The position numbers and the translations under genes were made by a program. This document shows positions 12,240-23,764 of a DNA stretch of 64,000 nt, one piece after another. The stretch's first letter is position 1, and each line of letters starts with the position of its first letter. This DNA comes from Balamuthia mandrillaris (Eukaryota): assembly GCA_031835245.2 (NCBI GenBank), contig JAVKOQ020000021.1:1-64000 (forward strand), read 5' to 3'. The notes under the pieces were generated by a model. The model ran no database searches. It worked only from the letters and a program-made list of their open reading frames with translations, and was not told the origin of the DNA.

Positions 12240-14935
12240 TCTTGGCTTGCAACAGCTATGTGGACTTGCTTCCTTGGATGGAAAAGCTCGCTGCTGATAC
12301 TTCTTCAGCAAAGAGATGAAACCAAGGGAGTAGGTCTGCGTGCATGACACAACAGCTGTGCGGACTTGCTTCCTTGGGCTGAAAAGCTCGCTGCTGCTGA
12401 TGCTTCATTCAGCAAAGAGATGAAACCAAGGGAGTAGGCCTGCATGCACTATGCAACAGCTGTGTGGACTTGCTTCCTTGGATGGAAAAGCTCGCTGCTG
12501 ATACTTCTTCAGCAAAGAGATGAAACCAAGGGAGTAGGTCTGCGTGCATGACACAACAGCTGTGCGGACTTGCTTCCTTGGGCTGAAAAGCTCGCTGCTG
12601 CTGATGCTTCATTCAGCAAAGAGATGAAACCAAAGGAGTAGGTCTGCGTGCGCTACGCAACAACTGTGCGGACTTGCTTCCTTGGGCAGAAAAGCTTGCT
12701 GCTGATGCTTCATTCAGCAAAGAGATGAAACCAAGGGAGTAGGCCTGCATGCACTATGCAACAGCTGTGTGGACTTGCTTCCTTGGATGGAAAAGCTCAC
12801 TGCTGATGCTTCATTCAGCAAAGAGATGAAACCAAGGGAGTAGGTCTACTTGCTTCCTTGGATGGAAAAGCTCGCTGCTGATACTTCTTCAGCAAAGAGA
12901 TGAAACCAAGGGAGTAGGTCTGCGTGCATGACACAACAGCTGTGAGGACTTGCTTCCTTGGGCTGAAAAGCTCGCTGCTGCTGATGCTTCATTCGGCAAG
13001 AGATGGGCTCCAAGGGGGAGTAGGCCTGCATGCACTATGCAACAGCTGTGTGGACTTGCTTCCTTGGACTGGAAAAGCTCGCTGCTGATACTTCTTCCAG
13101 CGAGATGAAACCAAGGGAGTAGGTCTGCGTGCATGACACGAAACAGCTGTGCGGACTTGCTTCCTTGGGCTGAAAAGCTCGCTGCTGCTGATGGCACATT
13201 CAGCAGGGAATGAAACCAAGGAGTAGGTCTGCGTGCGCTACATATGACACAATGGCGGACTTGCTTCGCCCCAGGCAGAAAGCACAACAACGTGCTTCGT
13301 TCGACGAAGATGAAACCAAGGGAGTAGGCCTGCATGCACTATGCAAGCCGGCTGTGTGGACTTGCTTCCTTGGATGGAAAAGCTCACTGCTGATGCTTCA
13401 TTATTCAAAGAGATGAAACCAAAATTAGGTCTGCATACGACTCTGCATGACAGCTGTGCGGACTTGCTTCCTTGGACAGAAAAGCTCGCTGCTGATGATG
13501 CTTCATTCAGCAAAGAGATGAAACCAAGGGAGTAGGCCTGCATGCACTATGCAACAGCTGTGTGGACTTGCTTCCTTGGATGGAAAAGCTCGCTGCTGAT
13601 ACTTCTTCAGCAAAGAGATGAAACCAAGGGAGTAGGTCTGCGTGCATGACACAACAGCTGTGCGGACTTGCTTCCTTGGGCAGAAAAGCTCGCTGCTGAT
13701 GATGCTTCATTCAGCAAAGAGATGAAACCAAGGGAGTAGGCCTGTGTGCGCTATGCAACAGCTATGTGGACTTGCTTCCTTGGATGGAAAAGCTCGCTGC
13801 TGATACTTCTTCAGCAAAGAGATGAAACCAAGGGAGTAGGTCTGCGTGCATGACACAACAGCTGTGCGGACTTGCTTCCTTGGGCAGAAAAGCTCGCTGC
13901 TGATGATGCTTCATTCAGCAAAGAGATGAAACCAAGGGAGTAGGCCTGTGTGCGCTATGCAACAGCTGTGCAGACTTGCTTCCTTGGATGGAAAAGCTCG
14001 CTGCTGCTGATGCTTCGTTCAGCAAAGAGAGATTAAAACCAAGGGAAGTTAGGCCTGTGTACACTACACAACAGCTCAATGGACTGCTTCTGAGCTGAAA
14101 AGCTCGCTGCTGATGCTTCATTCAGCAAGAGATGAAACCAAGGGAGTAGGTCTCGTGTGCTCGCCTTGGCCCAATGTGGACTTGCTTCCTTGGGCAGAAA
14201 CTTCGCTGCGTGCTTCATTCAGCAAAGAGATGAAACAAAGGGAGTAGGTCTGCGTCGCTACACAGCAACTGTCTTGACTTGCTTCCTTGGACAGAAAGAC
14301 TGTAGCGTGCTTCGTTGACCAAAGAGATGAAACCAAGGGAGTAGGCCTGCATGCACTATGCAACAGCTGTGTGGACTTGCTTCCTTGGATGGAAAAGCTC
14401 ACTGCTGATGCTTCATTCAGCAAAGAGATGAAACCAAGGGAGTAGGTCTGCATACGCTACACAACAGCTGTGCGGACTTGCTTCCTTGGACTGAAAAGCT
14501 CGCTGCTGATGATGCTTCATTCAGCAAAGAGATGAAACCAAGGGAGTAGGCCTGCATGCACTATGCAACAGCTGTGTGGACTTGCTTCCTTGGATGGAAA
14601 AACTCGCTGCTGATACTTCTTCAGCAAAGAGATGAAACCAAGGGAGTAGGTCTGCGTGCATGACACAACAGCTGTGCGGACTTGCTTCCTTGGGCAGAAA
14701 AGCTTGCTGCTGATGCTTCATTCAGCAAAGAGATGAAACCAAGGGAGTAGGCCTGCATGCGCTACACAACAGCTGTGCGGACTTGCTTCCTTGGATGGAA
14801 AAGCTTGCTGCTGCTGATGCTTCTTCAGCAAAGAGATGAAACCAAGGGAGTAGGCTGTGCAGACTTGCTTTCTTGGGCAGAAAAGCTTGCTGCTGACGCT
14901 TCAGCAAAGAGATGAAACCAAGGGAGTAGGTCTGG
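12240..14935. repeat. ~100-104 bp tandem satellite, ~27 units, often alternating two variants
   Basis: Unit cagcaaagagatgaaaccaagggagtagg(t/c)ctgc...ggacttgcttccttgg...aaaagctcgctgctgat starts at 12306, 12410, 12510, 12614, 12715, 12816 ... 14902. Confidence 0.97.
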
Positions 14936-15230
14936 CTGGGATGAAGGACAACATTCCTTTGAACCTGCTTACGCCCAGGCTTGATGCTGTTGCACCACCT
15001 GTGGTACGCGATGATCGGCAAACAAAAGAGCTGAAGCAAGAGTGGTAGTTCTGAGAGTGCATAAGATGTTCGGTTGGTTGGTTAGTTAGTTGGTGGTTCA
15101 AAAAAAAGAAACAAGAGAATGAGTTGAGAAGTAAGCAGGTTCCGAGCCAGCTTGTGTGTCGGTCCCCGAGGTCTTTATGGCTCTCATGTCGTCATGAAAG
15201 TCTCAAACATTTCGTCTCTTCCTTTTTCTC

Positions 15231-15500
15231 TTCTCAGCCTTCTGCTGCTTCCTCGCGTTCTCTGCCTCAGGCGGCTTCGCCGCCTTCGGCAGGTGGCCTT
15301 CAGCCACCCTCTAGAAGCCTGGTAGACCCACATTTTCAACAGAAAAAGTGGGAAAGCGACATTTGTCTCGCGATTCCACCGGAAATTGCACTTTTGCGGC
15401 CTTGGGCCGCTTCCTCGCGTTCTCCGCCTCAGGCGGCTTCGCCGCCTTCGGCAGGTGGCCTTCGGCCACCCTCTAGAAGGCCGGTAGACCCCTAACCCTA
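15231..15500. repeat. 162-bp GC-rich repeat (~1.6 copies, CpG-intact) ending in CCCTAACCCTA
   Basis: ttcctcgcgttctc at 15249 and 15411; telomere-like motif at 15490-15500. Confidence 0.9.
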
Positions 15501-15824
15501 CCTAGTTTCTACTCTTTATCATACAGCCACTGTTTACAGAGACAATACTTGTTTCTTTCCAAGTCACAAACCAATTTGTGGTTATATTTGTCAACAAATC
15601 TCATCTCCAGCTCCTCACAGTTTCAGTGGTGTTTTCCGTCCTTGTCAACAAAAGGAAGGTTTGGTGACAGTCACAGATTTCACTTTTTTAAGCCAACACC
15701 TTGTTGCTGGCAACCGGGGTGCGGGGAAAAGAAGCAAGAAGCGATGGCGCATCTAGCTCACCACTCTTGGTTTCCGAAGGACCCTTGTTTTTTTCATTGA
15801 GCCTTTCTCTTTCAGTTATTGTGA

Positions 15825-16920
15825 TAAGCTGCTCTCTCGCTCTCTCACCTCTCGTCTCTACTCTCACCTCTCTCTTCTCTCCTCTTTCTTTTCACCTATC
15901 TCTCTCCACTCGCCTATCTCTCACCTCTCCCCTCTCTCCTCTCACCTTTCTCCTCACCTCTTGCCTATCTCTCACCTCCTCTCTCCTCTCTCTCCTCCTT
16001 GCCTCTCACCTCTCTCGTCTCTCGCCTTTCTCCTCTCTCGCCTCTCTCCTCTCTCGTCTCTCACCTCTCGTCTATCTCTCACCTCCTCTCTCCTCTCTCT
16101 CCTCCCTGCCTCTCACCTCTCTCCTCTCTCTCCTCACCTCTCCTCTCCTCTCTTCTCTCTCCTCTCTTGCCTCTCTATCTCTCTCCTTACCTCTCTTTCT
16201 TTCCTCTTACCTCACCTTGTTGGAAAACTCCAACATAATAGCCCTTCTTCTCTTCCTGTCAACCTCTCCCTCATGCCTGTCGACCTGAGGAAACCTCTCG
16301 GTGTCCAACTTCTCCTTTCTTGAACTTCTCCTTTCTTGTTGTTTTCTCTCTCTGCCCTTTTATGCTGATATTCTCTGTTCTTCTTTTTTGGATATTTGTT
16401 CTAGCTTAAATACTGCCTCTCCTTGCTTCTTCTTCTTTTTCCTCTCGGGACAACTTACAACAAAACACAAGATACTTTACTATCACTTGTACTCTTCACT
16501 TTTAGTAAATTAAGTTTGGGTCTCATACTTACTTTGTCTTCGTCATCATTCCCGTTCTTATTTTACAACAACCTCTCACCTCTCTTCTCTTCTTACCTCT
16601 CTCCTCTCTTACCTCTCTGCTCGCCTCTCGCCTCTCACCTCTCACCTCTTGCCTCTTGCCTCTTGCCTCTCGCCTCTTGCCTCTCGCTTCTCGCCTCTCG
16701 CCTCTCGCCTCTCTCTTCTCTCTGCTTACCTCTCCTCTTCTCTCTCCTTGCCTCTCTCTCCTCTCTTCTCACCTCTTCTCTTACCTCTCCTCTTGCTTCT
16801 CACCTCTTGCCTCTCTCTCTTCTCTCCTCTCTCCTCTCTCTGCTCTTTGCTCTTTGCTCTCTGCTCTCTCATCTTTCCTCTCTCAGCTCTTACCTCTATT
16901 CTTTTAGCTTGTTGCTCACC
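15825..16920. repeat. CT-rich low-complexity tract interrupted by a solo LTR
   Basis: (ctctcacct/ctctcgcct)-type degenerate repeats on both sides of 16218-16570. Confidence 0.9.
16218..16570 (-). mobile_element. Solo LTR (353 bp)
   Basis: Starts TGTTGGAAAA and ends TTTTACAACA (10-bp inverted termini, 1 mismatch). ACCT lies on both flanks (16214-16217, 16571-16574). A TATA-like tatttaa is present on the minus strand (basis for the tentative strand). Second copy at 22457-22791. Confidence 0.75.
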
Positions 16921-17099
16921 TCTTGTCTTTTGTCTTGTTTCTCACCAGGGAGTTACTGCAATACTTGTGTTTGGGGATCACAGAGAGCTGTTCTGTTACA
17001 CTCTTCTCTTGTCATCATGATATGCTTCAATAATAAACATTTTGCAACAAAAGAATCAAAAGAGAGAGAGAGAGAGAGAAAGAGAGAGGAAGGAGAGAG

Positions 17100-19256
17100 A
17101 GGCCTGATGAAAGCAAAAAACTGAAGGTGAGGGTTTGAATGTATTGAACGGAATTCAAACCCCAAGTTTTTGCAGACAATCTCCTATTCATCATGTTATC
17201 TCTTCTCTCCATATGAACCCTGCTCTTATCTATCTTGTGATCACATACAGAAAAATGATTAATACAGCTGTCTAAACAGGTTGTAAGAAATACAGAAAAA
17301 CCTGTTTGGTGATCAATGGGCTGTATATACAGGTAAATCCTGTCCAGACACCTGTTTATACAGCTGTATTTCACTAACAGAGCTCAGTTGCTGTTGTGCA
17401 AGTCGTTTTAGTGTTGTTTTGCTTTGTGTAAACATATGATGCTTGTGTTGCAGTACAAGTCCTGGTATGTCTCTGTCATCTTCACTCTCTATAACATATT
17501 CAAGGTAGTTAATGCCTCTGTTGTCATCCCAGCCTTCATCATAGTCCCAGTCATCATTGCCATTGCTGTCATCAAAGTCTTTGCTGGCATCACTGCCTTC
17601 TATGTCATCGCAGTCAATGCTCTCTTCTCCATCATCACAGTCATTACAGCTTTCTCTGTCATCACAGTATTTGCTGTCATCATCACCATCAATATCACAA
17701 TCCTCTTTGTCATCTTCTTTATCATTGTTGCCATTGCTGTCATCATTGCTGTTGTTATCATAGTTGCCATTGTTGTTGTCACAGTTGTTGCTGTCATCAA
17801 TGCCTTCACGCTCCTTGCTCTCCTTGCTGTCTTTGCTCTCTTCTCTCTCTTTGCTCTCTTCAATATCTTTGCTGTCTTTCCTGGCTTCGATGCCTTCACT
17901 CTCTTTGCTGGCTTTGCTGGCTATGCTGGCTTCGCTGTCTTCACTCTCTTCACTGGCTTCACTCTCTTCGCTGGCTTCGCTCTCTTTGCTCTCTTCAATC
18001 TCTTCACTGGCTTCACTCTCTTCGCTGGCTTCACTCTCTGTTATGTCATTGCAGTCTTCGCTCTCATCGCTATCACCACTGTCATTGTTGCTATCTGTAT
18101 CTGTGCTATTTTCATTGTCTGTGTTATTACTGCTGATTTCATAGCTGTCATCTTTGCTCTGCTTTCTCTTTTTTTCCCCCACATTGGTGTTTTCTAGAGA
18201 ACAAATTCTGCACATGAAGTGAAGAATCAGAAGAAATAAGTGACCTCAAATCAAGCAACAATACTACAGCCATAAATTATTTTCTTTTGGGGGGAAAGAA
18301 AAAGATAATACTTCTGATCACGCAATGCACAACAGGTCTGTTGGCTGCTGCTGCTCTCTGATCATCCACCCATGGTAACCTTCTTTTCATTAAAAAGATT
18401 GCTTAGAATTTTGTTTTTGCTGATCTGCTTACTTTTTTTTTTGTTGGTCCTCAGCGCTCCTTGCTTCATTCTCCTTTGAGTTCTTCTACCCCTTCTTGGC
18501 AGGGGTTTTCCCCTTCTACTACAGGACCTATCTCCTCCATTTGTTCTTCAACAAGGGAGTACTCTCCTTTTACTCCTCCTTCAACTTGGCTGACTTCCCC
18601 CTGTGTTTTTCACCTTCAACTGGGCAGTGCTCCTCTCCTGGTTCTCCATCTCGACAGCACTTTCTCCTTTTTTCTCCTTCTGAACAGCGCTCTCCCCAGC
18701 ATTTTCACCCTCAACAGTGCTCTTCCCAGCATTCACCTTCTCAATGGTCCTCCAGGCGTTCTCTTCCTTGGCAGTGCTCTTCCTGGGGTTCTTCTCCTCA
18801 ATGGTCCTCCCCCCACCTTTCTTTTCCATTCTTTACCCATTCTCACAAGGATCTCGGGCTATCCTTGCAGCAACATCCAGCAGGACAAGGTCCTGCAATG
18901 TGCCATTGCTCAAAGGAATTCAAGTCTCGCTGCAACCTGGTACTTCATTGCTATTGCTTCACCAAGTTTTGATGGAGATCACACACAATAAATGCTTTGT
19001 TGTTGGTACAGAGAGACGGTGGCCTTTTGTGCAACAATCACTTTAGTGTTGTTGTGCAGGGGATAAATAGTCTCTTTGTTGTATCAGCTGATGTATGCAG
19101 AGAGACGGTGGCCTTTTGTGAAACAATCGCTTTAGCGTTGTTGTGCAGGGGATAAATAGTCTCTTTGTTGTATCAGCTTACATATGCAGAGAGATGGTGG
19201 CCTTTTGTGCAACAATCACTTCAGCGTTGTTGTGCAGGGGATAAATAGTCTCTTTA
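17100..19256 (-). pseudogene. Decayed gene of unknown family: Cys-rich segment, degenerate coiled-coil repeats and an acidic repeat exon (ORF 17313-18215)
   Basis: The minus frame at 18841-19020 reads CTNNKAFIVCDLHQNLVKQ*Q*STRLQRDLNSFEQWHIAGPCPAGCCCK, with stops explainable by C->T changes. No family recognised. Confidence 0.35.
19010..19256. repeat. 89-bp tandem repeat x~3
   Basis: agagaga(c/t)ggtggccttttgtg at 19010, 19099 and 19188. Confidence 0.95.
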
Positions 19257-19294
19257 CTGCTTATGTGCTCTCTCCATGAAAACACGTCTTTCTC

Positions 19295-19608
19295 TCCATT
19301 AATCAAATGGATTTAGTAAGTTAGTCAAAGATAAAAGATTTCAACAAGACTTCCAGGAATGGACTACAGATCAAGCAAAATTATCAAGAATTTCTAAAGG
19401 TGCAAAGAAATTGTGTCCTTGGGACACACTCACAGAGGTTGAAAGGGCTTTCTTTCCATTAATCAAATGGATTTAGTAAGTTAGTCAAAGATAAAAGATT
19501 TCAACAAGACTTCTGGGAATGGGCTACAGATCAAGCAAAATTATCAAGAATTTCTAAAAGTGCAAAGAAATTGTGTCCTTGGGACACACTTGCAGAGGTT
19601 GGAAGGGC
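19295..19608. repeat. 160-bp tandem duplication
   Basis: tccattaatcaaatggatttagtaag... at 19295 and 19455. Confidence 0.95.
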
Positions 19609-19769
19609 TGTTGTTAAGTAGGGCTGTGCTGAAAATGACTCATGGAACCACAATAGCCTGGATAAGGCTGTACCAAAAGTTCAACGGCTATCACAGAAAG
19701 AAAGAAAAAGTTCCCTCTGGTGATTGCTGTAATGTAACTATTCCTTTCTCTGTTTAGTTTTCTTTATTC

Positions 19770-20255
19770 TTCTCATTCTTGTGTTCTTGGTCACATTCAC
19801 ATTCTTGTTCATCATTCTTGTTCACATTCACGTTCTTGTTCATTATTCTTGCATTCTTAGTCGTGTTCACATTCTTGTTCATCATTCTTGTTCATGTTTG
19901 TGTTCTTGTTCACGTTCACGTTCTTGTTCATCATTCTTGTGTTCTTGTTCATGTTGTTGTTCATTATTCTTGCATTCTTGTTCGCGTTGTTCTTTGCATT
20001 CTTGTTAATCATTCTTGCATTCTTGTGCTCATTCACATTCTTGTTCATTGTTATGGCGTTTTTGTTCATGTTAACAATCTTGTTCATCATTCTGGTTTGC
20101 GTTCCTGTTTGTGTTTGTGTTCTTGTTTATCATTCTTGTGTTCTTGTTCGTGTTTGTGTTCTTGTTCATCATTCTTGCATTCTTGTTGTTGTTCTCATTC
20201 TCGTTCTTGTTTTTGTTCTTGTGCTTGTTCTTGTTTTTGTTCTTGTTGTCATTCA
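19770..20255. repeat. Degenerate (ttcttg/ttcatc/ttcaca) hexamer microsatellite
   Basis: Directly visible; overlapping ORFs are artefacts. Confidence 0.9.
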
Positions 20256-20299
20256 AATATTTGTGGCTTTCTCATTTGTTTCCCACCATAAACACTCTA

Positions 20300-21090
20300 A
20301 AAGTTGATAGTTGAAGCACAGCTTGAGCTAAACATTAAATGCATGGTTGAAAAACTCATGGAACGCTTCAAGTTGCTGTTTATTGCTGTTCTTTATCATT
20401 TATGACTATTGGAAGCTAATTCAGATAGTGAAGTGTTTTTATCAATGATAGGGAATTCATTAACGGCCCTTCCTCCCTCTTTCATTTTCATTTCATTCGT
20501 TCTCTATTTGTAAGCATATTATTTATTTCTTTATTTTTCTTTTGCTAGCTTTCTGAGCAAAGCCCCTTGATCACAGCTGTTCAGCAAGCTGTAAATGTGG
20601 TGGAAAATGAGGACTGTCTGTACCAACATGCATTACTTGCTTTCATTCCTATGTGGGATATAGAATCAGCAGAAAGGAGGCAAGTCAGACACCCACTGCA
20701 AGCTGGCATTTCTCGTGACTCACTTATCAGCGAGTGTGAGCTGCACTTAAACCAAGCTTTTTACAGCACTTTGCTTTATACACTTTACCTAACCAAAGTT
20801 GACGAGATACCTTCCACCAGATCTCTTTTAATTCATGCCTTATTTGCAACAAATCCTACTATCAAGCTTCCCAAAGGAGCTGGTGCCTTTTTATCCACGT
20901 GCAAACAGCTCTTGGGTAACACGGGTTTTCAGCTTGGTTTACCTCTTTCATTGTTAAACACCACACTGCGTAACATTGCTTCTTTTTTTCTCTCTCTCTC
21001 TTAGTAATAGAACTATCCATCTGTCAAAATGGATGGCGACCTATCACAATTACCAAATATCAACTAGTTACTGCAACAACAAATGATAAA
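20300..21090 (+). pseudogene. Spliced gene remnant of unknown family (exon 20550-20935)
   Basis: Protein-like ORF 20567-21004 between pyrimidine-rich introns. Neighbouring exon-like segments contain stops, and the region is CpG-poor. Confidence 0.3.
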
Positions 21091-21491
21091 CAACAAGGAG
21101 AAAAGAATAGTGAAGAAGTGATGGAAGAAAGAGAGAGCTTTTAATAAATATATAATAATAATTTTGATTTTTGTTGTAATCTATTGATCAGATACCATGT
21201 GATCTTCCAATAGAAGCATTTGCATCATATACTTGGTTCATAGAAACACTTTTCAAAGAAAAAAGTCGTATAAACAATGTATATTTGCTTTCCATATATT
21301 TGTCAGATATTTGCTGAAAAAACGGCCCTGTGTATATTTGGTGGATATTCACCGTATATTTGCCAACTGTTTATCTGGTGTATATTCTCTGGAAATCCGG
21401 CTGGATATATCCACGTTTATCCATTGGATATATGCCCAAATATTTCGCCAGTAGAGTAGAGTATTGCAATGCTGAAACAGCAAATAAATCA

Positions 21492-21940
21492 ATTCCACCA
21501 TAAATCACACTTTCTCAGCCTTCTGCTGCTTCCTCGTGTTCTCTGCCTCAGGCAGCTTCACCGCCTTCAGCAGCTGGCCTTCAACCACCCTCTAGAAGCC
21601 TGGTAGACCCACATTTTCAACAGAAAAAGTGGGAAGGCAACATTTGTCTTGTGATTCCACTGGAAATTGCACTTTTGCCACCTTCAGCCACTTCCTCATG
21701 TTCTCTGCCTCAGGTGGCTGCGCCACCTTCAGCAGGTGGCCTTCAGCCACCCTCTAGAAGCCTGGTAGACCCACATTTTCAACAGAAAAAGTGGGAAAGC
21801 AACATTTGTCTCATGATTCCACCATAAATTGCACTTTTGCAACCTTCAGCCACTTCCTCACATTCTCTGCCTCAGGCGGCTTCACCACCTTCAGCAGGTG
21901 GCCTTCAGCCACCCTCTAGAAGGCCGATAGACCCCTAACC
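21492..21940. repeat. 162-bp repeat (~2.7 copies), CpG-decayed paralogue of 15231-15500
   Basis: ttcctc anchors at 21530, 21692 and 21854; ends in tagacccctaacc like the first cluster. Confidence 0.92.
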
Positions 21941-21979
21941 TCTGTATCTAAATTTGCTGACCAAACTGGTCCAATGAAA

Positions 21980-22456
21980 AAGCAATAAAACTATTTTGAA
22001 CTGAATGGTGAACAACGTTGTGATCACCAGTAGAACAAAACATATTGACATCAGATGCCACTTCATTTGTGAGAAAATCGCAGACAGACATGTGAAACTT
22101 CTGTATTGTCCAACAGAAAAGATGGTTGCAGATTTCCTGACAAAGCAACTGCCATGAGACAGGTTCAAACTATTGACTGCGGCTACTGGGATGATTGACT
22201 TTCCAAATCATACAACTTGAGAAGGAGTGTTGAAGCATGACAACATGACAAGTCAGATAATTGGAATGACTGGGGTGCTCCTATCTGCCGATTAAAGACA
22301 CTCACATACACACCCCGCAGTCCACACACTTTGATTAACTGATTACTTCCACCATGCAACATAATGATTGCCTTGCTTTTTGCTGGACAACACACAGTTA
22401 CAGGCTCATAGACTGGATTGCTTCTGTTAGAGGTAGTTACCTTTTGTTATTATCCC
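21980..22456 (+). mobile_element. Ty1/copia retrotransposon 3' remnant: RNase H end, polypurine tract, truncated 3' LTR
   Basis: From 22005 reads MVNNVVITS-RTKHIDIRCHF-ICEKIADRHVKLLYCPTEKMV-ADFLTK-QLP*. PPT gagaaggag at 22219-22227 is directly followed by TGTTGAAG at 22228. Confidence 0.9.
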
Positions 22457-22791
22457 TGTTTGAAAACTCCAACATAATAACTCTTCTTCTCTTTGTGTCA
22501 ACCTCTCTTTCCTGCTTGTCGACCTGAGGAAACCTCTCTGTGTCCACTTTCTCCTTTTTTGTTGTTTCTTTCTCTCTGCCCTTTTATGCTGATATTTTCT
22601 GCTCTTCTTTTTTGAATATTTCTTCTAGCTTAAATACTGCCTCTTCTTGCTTCTTCTTCTTTTTCCTTGGGACAACTTACAACAAAACACAAGATACTTT
22701 ACTTTTACTTGTACTCTTCACTTTTAGTAAATTAAGTTCGGGTCTTGTAGTTATTTGTCTCCGCTATCATTCCCGTTCTTATTTTACAACA
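22457..22791 (-). mobile_element. Second copy of the solo LTR, without matching target duplication
   Basis: TGTTTGAAAA...TTTTACAACA, colinear with 16218-16570. Flanks tccc / aacc do not match. Confidence 0.72.
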
Positions 22792-22825
22792 AACCTTCTT
22801 CGAGCTTCCTTCAAACAACACCACA

Positions 22826-23230
22826 GAAAGAAAACAAGAAAAAGTTTCTGCAAGGCATAATGCAAGAACAAGAAGACATCATCCACGACCTCGGCATGAA
22901 ATAACCTACGAGGCGCTCTCCAAGATGGATCGTTTGCATTGCTGCATCAAGGAGGCTCTTTGCATGTACCCTCCGCTCATCTTTCTCATGCAGCAGGTGG
23001 TCCGCCCGTTTGACTACAAGGGCTACACCGTGCCGGAGGGAGACATTCTCTTCGTCTCCCCTGCCCTCAGCATGCGGCTGCCTGTGGTATGACGAGTTCA
23101 ACCCCGAATGCTTTGCTCTGGCCCCTGAGGAAAGAGAAGAGAGGAAGTACTCTTACCTGGGCGTCGGCGCAGGCAGGCACGCCTGCATGGGAGAGAGCTT
23201 CGCTTACCTGCAGGTGAAGGGCCTTCTCGT
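22826..23230 (+). pseudogene. CYP51: Sterol 14-alpha-demethylase (CYP51)-like C-terminal fragment, frameshifted
   Basis: EITYEALSKMDRLHCCIKEALCMYPPLIFLMQQVVRPFDYKGYTVPEGDILFVSP, then in another frame DEFNPECF...YSYLGVGAGRHACMGESFAYLQVK (heme Cys motif). The ExxR and PERF arginines are mutated to Cys, and the N-terminal two thirds are missing. Confidence 0.8.
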
Positions 23231-23491
23231 CCTTGTAACCTGCATTACCAAAGAAGAAAAAGCTGAAAACAAAACTCCCATTTTTGACAAGCCATCTCTT
23301 ATGATTTGTCCAGGCGCGACTTCTCTTGGTCAGCGGCAAACGCCACCCACAAGAACTTGAGTCAGCTTCTGCGTTGATGTTTTTGATTAATGTCTGAAAC
23401 GATGTCTTTGTTTCTTGGCATCCCAGTAACAGTGAAAGCAGAAGGTGACTAGCTGCAAAAGTGCCAGTTGCTTTCTTTCTTCTGTTTGCTT

Positions 23492-23522
<31 letters not shown>

Positions 23523-23764
23523 GGAGTACAACTCTAGTTTTGATTTTTCCCAAACGAAGGAGGATGGAGCTGTATCAACAATACACAACAGGAGTTGTTG
23601 TGAACGCAGCACATGATGCTGCTCTGTGATGCTTGAGATTTATTTGCAAGGAAGGAGCAGTATCATGAGCAAATATTCACATTAAAAAGGAATACTTCAA
23701 CAGAGAACGTGTTCTCCACCATGTGTGCTCTATTCAACAATTTATAAGAGAGGTGAATATTGAA

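Noticed and set aside
12240..14935. Possible CRISPR array
   Set aside because: The whole unit is repeated with no unique spacers; eukaryotic context and no cas genes.
6990..15000. DIRS/Ngaro retroelement or Polinton-like virus
   Set aside because: No RT/RNase H, gag, capsid, packaging ATPase or polymerase is recognisable beside the YR. The copia fragment at 22 kb is unrelated.
12125..15101. Short ORFs within the 100-bp satellite
   Set aside because: Unit lengths of 100, 101 and 104 are not multiples of three, and the ORFs break every one or two units.
15701..17124. Leu/Ser-rich ORFs
   Set aside because: CT-rich low-complexity DNA plus a solo LTR.
18310..18385. FYVE-like WxxD motif (LPWVDDQ) on the minus strand
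   Set aside because: The required CxxC pairs and RRHHCR motif do not follow.
20567..21060. hAT transposase dimerisation domain
   Set aside because: Only a vague resemblance; the diagnostic ERxFS motif is absent.
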